64,000 nt of DNA from an uncultured Chloroflexia bacterium. Its GTDB lineage: Bacteria > Chloroflexota > UBA6077 > JACCZL01. Below are positions 61,333 to 64,000 of this stretch, one piece after another. The notes beneath the pieces were generated by a model. That model searched no databases and was not told where the DNA came from. It worked only from the letters and a program-made list of their open reading frames with translations. The stretch is from the NCBI GenBank assembly GCA_963765765.1, contig CAVXYC010000010.1:128001-192000 (forward strand), written 5' to 3'. The position numbers and the translations under genes were made by a program. Positions within the stretch are counted from its first letter, which is position 1, and the number at the start of each line of letters is the position of its first letter.

Positions 61333-62868
61333 TTGGATTCCACTCTCCTATTGATTGTCGATGGCATCGTCATGATGATCGTCGGATTTGGCGCTGGCTA
61401 TTACGTTCGACAGAACATTGTCACGTCCAAAACCCGACTGGCGGAAGCCGAAGCGGAAAAGCTACTGGCTGAGGCGAATGCGCGCCAGAAAGACGTCCTG
61501 CTTCAGGCGAAGGACCAGGCGTTGGAGCTCCGTCAATCCGTTGAGTCCGAGTTGCGGGAACAACGAGGTGAGCTGCAGCAGCGAGAGCGCCGGCTTCAAC
61601 AGCGCGAGGAGCAGCTCGAGCACAAGCTCGAGCAGGTCGATCGGCGTAACAGCAGTCTTGCGGAGCGCGAACAAAAGATCGAAGTTCGCGGCGCGGAGAT
61701 CGATGAGCTTCGAGGCAAGCAAGTGCGAGAGCTCGAGCGGATTTCCGGATTGACCCGCGACGAAGCCAAGGACATGATCGTCAGTCGGGTCGAGCAGGAA
61801 GTTCGAGTCGACGCGAATCGGCGTGTCCGAGAGGTTGAGGCAGAGGCTCGCGAGGACGCCGAAACGCGTGCACGGAAGCTCGTTGCGCTCGCCGTACAAC
61901 GGTACGCCGCGGAGCACGTGGCCGAGACAACGCTTTCTGTTGTTCCGATTCCAAGTGAGGAGATGAAGGGTCGCATCATTGGTCGCGAAGGGCGCAACAT
62001 CCGTGCGCTTGAGGCGGCGACGGGTGTAGACCTGATCATCGACGATACCCCCGACGCCGTCACGCTGTCGGGGTTCGACCCTATTCGACGAGAGATCGCT
62101 CGATTAGCGCTCAACAAGCTGGTGGTGGATGGTCGTATCCATCCTGGACGGATTGAAGAGATCGTCGCCAAGTCGAAACAGGAAGTCGAGAACCAGATTC
62201 GTCAGGAAGGCGAGCAGGCCGCGTACGAGGCGGGGCTCAGCGGCATTCACCCTGAGGTCATCAAAGTGATGGGGCGAATGAGGTTCCGCACGAGCTACGG
62301 CCAGAATCAGCTTCAGCACTCCGTGGAGGCAGCGCATGTCGCCGCCATTATGGCTGCTGAGCTTGGTGCTGACGTGAACATCGCGCGCCGCGCCGCATTC
62401 TTGCATGACATCGGAAAGGTTCTTACTCACGAAGTGGAAGGACCACATCACATCATCGGGGCGGAGTACGCGAAGCGCTTCGGGGAGACCAACGCCGTCT
62501 GCGAGGCGATCGCCGGCCATCACGATCACGATCCCGATTATCAGACGATTGAGGCAATCGTCGTTCAAGCTGCTGATGCGGCGTCCGGCTCTCGACCCGG
62601 TGCGCGGCGTGAAAGCGTGGATCAGTACGTCAAGCGCCTTGAGGCGCTTGAGGCAGTTGCAAACTCCTTCGAGGGCGTCGAGCGCTCGTTTGCCATCCAG
62701 GCTGGACGCGAAGTCCGTATCATTGTCCGACCGGAGCAGGTCGATGACTTGCAGTCGGTTCGATTGGCACGCGACATCGTGAAGCGCATCGAGGAGACGC
62801 TTCAATACCCTGGCCAGGTGAAGGTGACCGTGGTCAGAGAGACGCGCGCTATCGAGTACGCGCGTTAG
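61333..62868 (+). CDS. rny: Ribonuclease Y
   Basis: TM anchor, coiled coil, KH domain (KGRIIGREGRN), HD domain (HDIGK), AIQAGRE. Confidence 0.97.
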   Translation: MDSTLLLIVDGIVMMIVGFGAGYYVRQNIVTSKTRLAEAEAEKLLAEANARQKDVLLQAKDQALELRQSVESELREQRGELQQRERRLQQREEQLEHKLEQVDRRNSSLAEREQKIEVRGAEIDELRGKQVRELERISGLTRDEAKDMIVSRVEQEVRVDANRRVREVEAEAREDAETRARKLVALAVQRYAAEHVAETTLSVVPIPSEEMKGRIIGREGRNIRALEAATGVDLIIDDTPDAVTLSGFDPIRREIARLALNKLVVDGRIHPGRIEEIVAKSKQEVENQIRQEGEQAAYEAGLSGIHPEVIKVMGRMRFRTSYGQNQLQHSVEAAHVAAIMAAELGADVNIARRAAFLHDIGKVLTHEVEGPHHIIGAEYAKRFGETNAVCEAIAGHHDHDPDYQTIEAIVVQAADAASGSRPGARRESVDQYVKRLEALEAVANSFEGVERSFAIQAGREVRIIVRPEQVDDLQSVRLARDIVKRIEETLQYPGQVKVTVVRETRAIEYAR

Positions 62869-62911
62869 ATCAAAAACCTGGGTCAGGCAACGCCTGAGCG
62901 TAAGGATTGAC

Positions 62912-62957
62912 CAGCACAAAGGCGCGGTCACCGTCCAGTGACCGCGCCTTTGTGCTG
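62912..62957 (+). terminator. 20-bp perfect hairpin after rny
   Basis: CAGCACAAAGGCGCGGTCAC-CGTCCA-GTGACCGCGCCTTTGTGCTG. Confidence 0.75.
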
Positions 62958-62986
62958 AAACTCGACAGAGAAGATTGAGAGTATTT

Positions 62987-63835
62987 ATGGGAACGATCGA
63001 CCTACATTCGCACACTGTTGTTTCGGACGGGCGCCTCACACCGCGAGAGCTCGTGCAGCTCGCTGCAAAGAACGGAGTCCGCCACCTCTCGGTGACGGAC
63101 CACGATACGACCGACGGCCTTCATGACGCATTTGACGAGGCCAGCAAGCTCGGCGTGGACATCATTCCCGGAATTGAGGTGAGCTGCGATATTCCGGGCA
63201 CGGAGGTGCATCTCCTGGGCTTCTACCTGGACTATGCGAATCCTGAATTCCAGACTAAGATCGGACAGTTCCGAGAAGGCCGTGTGGGACGAGCTCAGGA
63301 GATGGTCAGAAAGCTCGGGGAGCTGGGCGCTCCAATCTCCTGGGCCCGTGTGAAGGAGATTGCCGGCGACGGCTCAGTCGGTCGGCCTCACGTTGCACAG
63401 GCTCTTCTGGAGGCGGGACATATTCAAACAATTCCAGAGGCGTTCGACCGTTGGATTGGTCGTAACGGCCCCGCCTATGCTGAGCGAGAGAAACTGAGCC
63501 TGGAAGACGCAATCGCCCTGATCCATAGCGTCGGTGGAATCGCCTCGATCGCGCATCCATATGAGTCCGAGGGTTTAATGAACCTGCTTCCAGGACTCGT
63601 CAGCAACGGACTGGATGCGATCGAGTGCTACTACACGGGTTACGGTACTGATCGTCGTGCACCGCTGCTGGAGTTCATCCGTGCCAACGGCCTCATTTGC
63701 TCAGGCGGAAGTGACTATCATGGCTTCCCCATGGCTGGACTCACCGAAGTCACCAATGTCCCTGGGTCAGTTGACGTTCCTGAGTCTGTCATCGATGCAA
63801 TGCAGGATCGGATCGCGCACCGGCGCGAGGTCTAG
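62987..63835 (+). CDS. PHP-domain metal-dependent phosphoesterase (TrpH/YciV-like)
   Basis: DLHSHT..SDG, TDHDT, GRPHVA, AHP, GGSDYHG. Confidence 0.93.
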   Translation: MGTIDLHSHTVVSDGRLTPRELVQLAAKNGVRHLSVTDHDTTDGLHDAFDEASKLGVDIIPGIEVSCDIPGTEVHLLGFYLDYANPEFQTKIGQFREGRVGRAQEMVRKLGELGAPISWARVKEIAGDGSVGRPHVAQALLEAGHIQTIPEAFDRWIGRNGPAYAEREKLSLEDAIALIHSVGGIASIAHPYESEGLMNLLPGLVSNGLDAIECYYTGYGTDRRAPLLEFIRANGLICSGGSDYHGFPMAGLTEVTNVPGSVDVPESVIDAMQDRIAHRREV

Positions 63836-64000
63836 CGCAGCAACGCCCCTCTCCGTGGGTGACAATTGCCGAGCGCTCTAATGAAAACCTCAGCCACGCT
63901 GATCTCACCCTAAGACGCGACCTCATCTGACGCGCCCGTCCGACGCCGAGCGCGCAGGCTTAGCAGCGTCACGCTTCCAAGGACGATGGCCATCACGGCC

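Noticed and set aside
1-64000. CRISPR array or cas genes
   Set aside because: No regularly spaced repeat-spacer array or Cas motifs were seen.

Overview
High-GC bacterial DNA, probably Chloroflexota (inferred from protein styles and heptamer intergenic repeats). The window has two parts. About 38-64 kb is housekeeping: iscA/erpA, an Rrf2 regulator with sufC-sufB-sufD-Rieske-sufS-sufU-sufT, two 2-oxoacid:ferredoxin oxidoreductase alpha/beta pairs with a CX5R phosphatase between them, an EVE protein, lepB, purQ-purL-purF-purM-purN-purH, rny and a PHP protein. About 1.3-37.8 kb is a decayed accessory island anchored at tRNA-Lys(UUU), holding integrase remnants, many pseudogenes, secreted proteins and at least eight pairs of diverged internal duplicates. 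The most unusual signals are: (1) a repeated non-coding module of back-to-back sigma70-type promoters that appear to drive two highly structured small RNAs (11.99-12.24 kb, partial second copy at 9.34-9.58 kb), plus a related three-way-junction element at 29.1 kb; (2) a ~304-bp duplication of the iscA 3' end plus the whole tRNA-Lys; (3) two diverged copies of a secreted-protein gene that share the same ACC-TGA-C interruption. Single-base frameshifts in sufS and the Rieske gene suggest some apparent pseudogenes may be sequencing errors. All calls were made by eye, with no database searches or folding programs.
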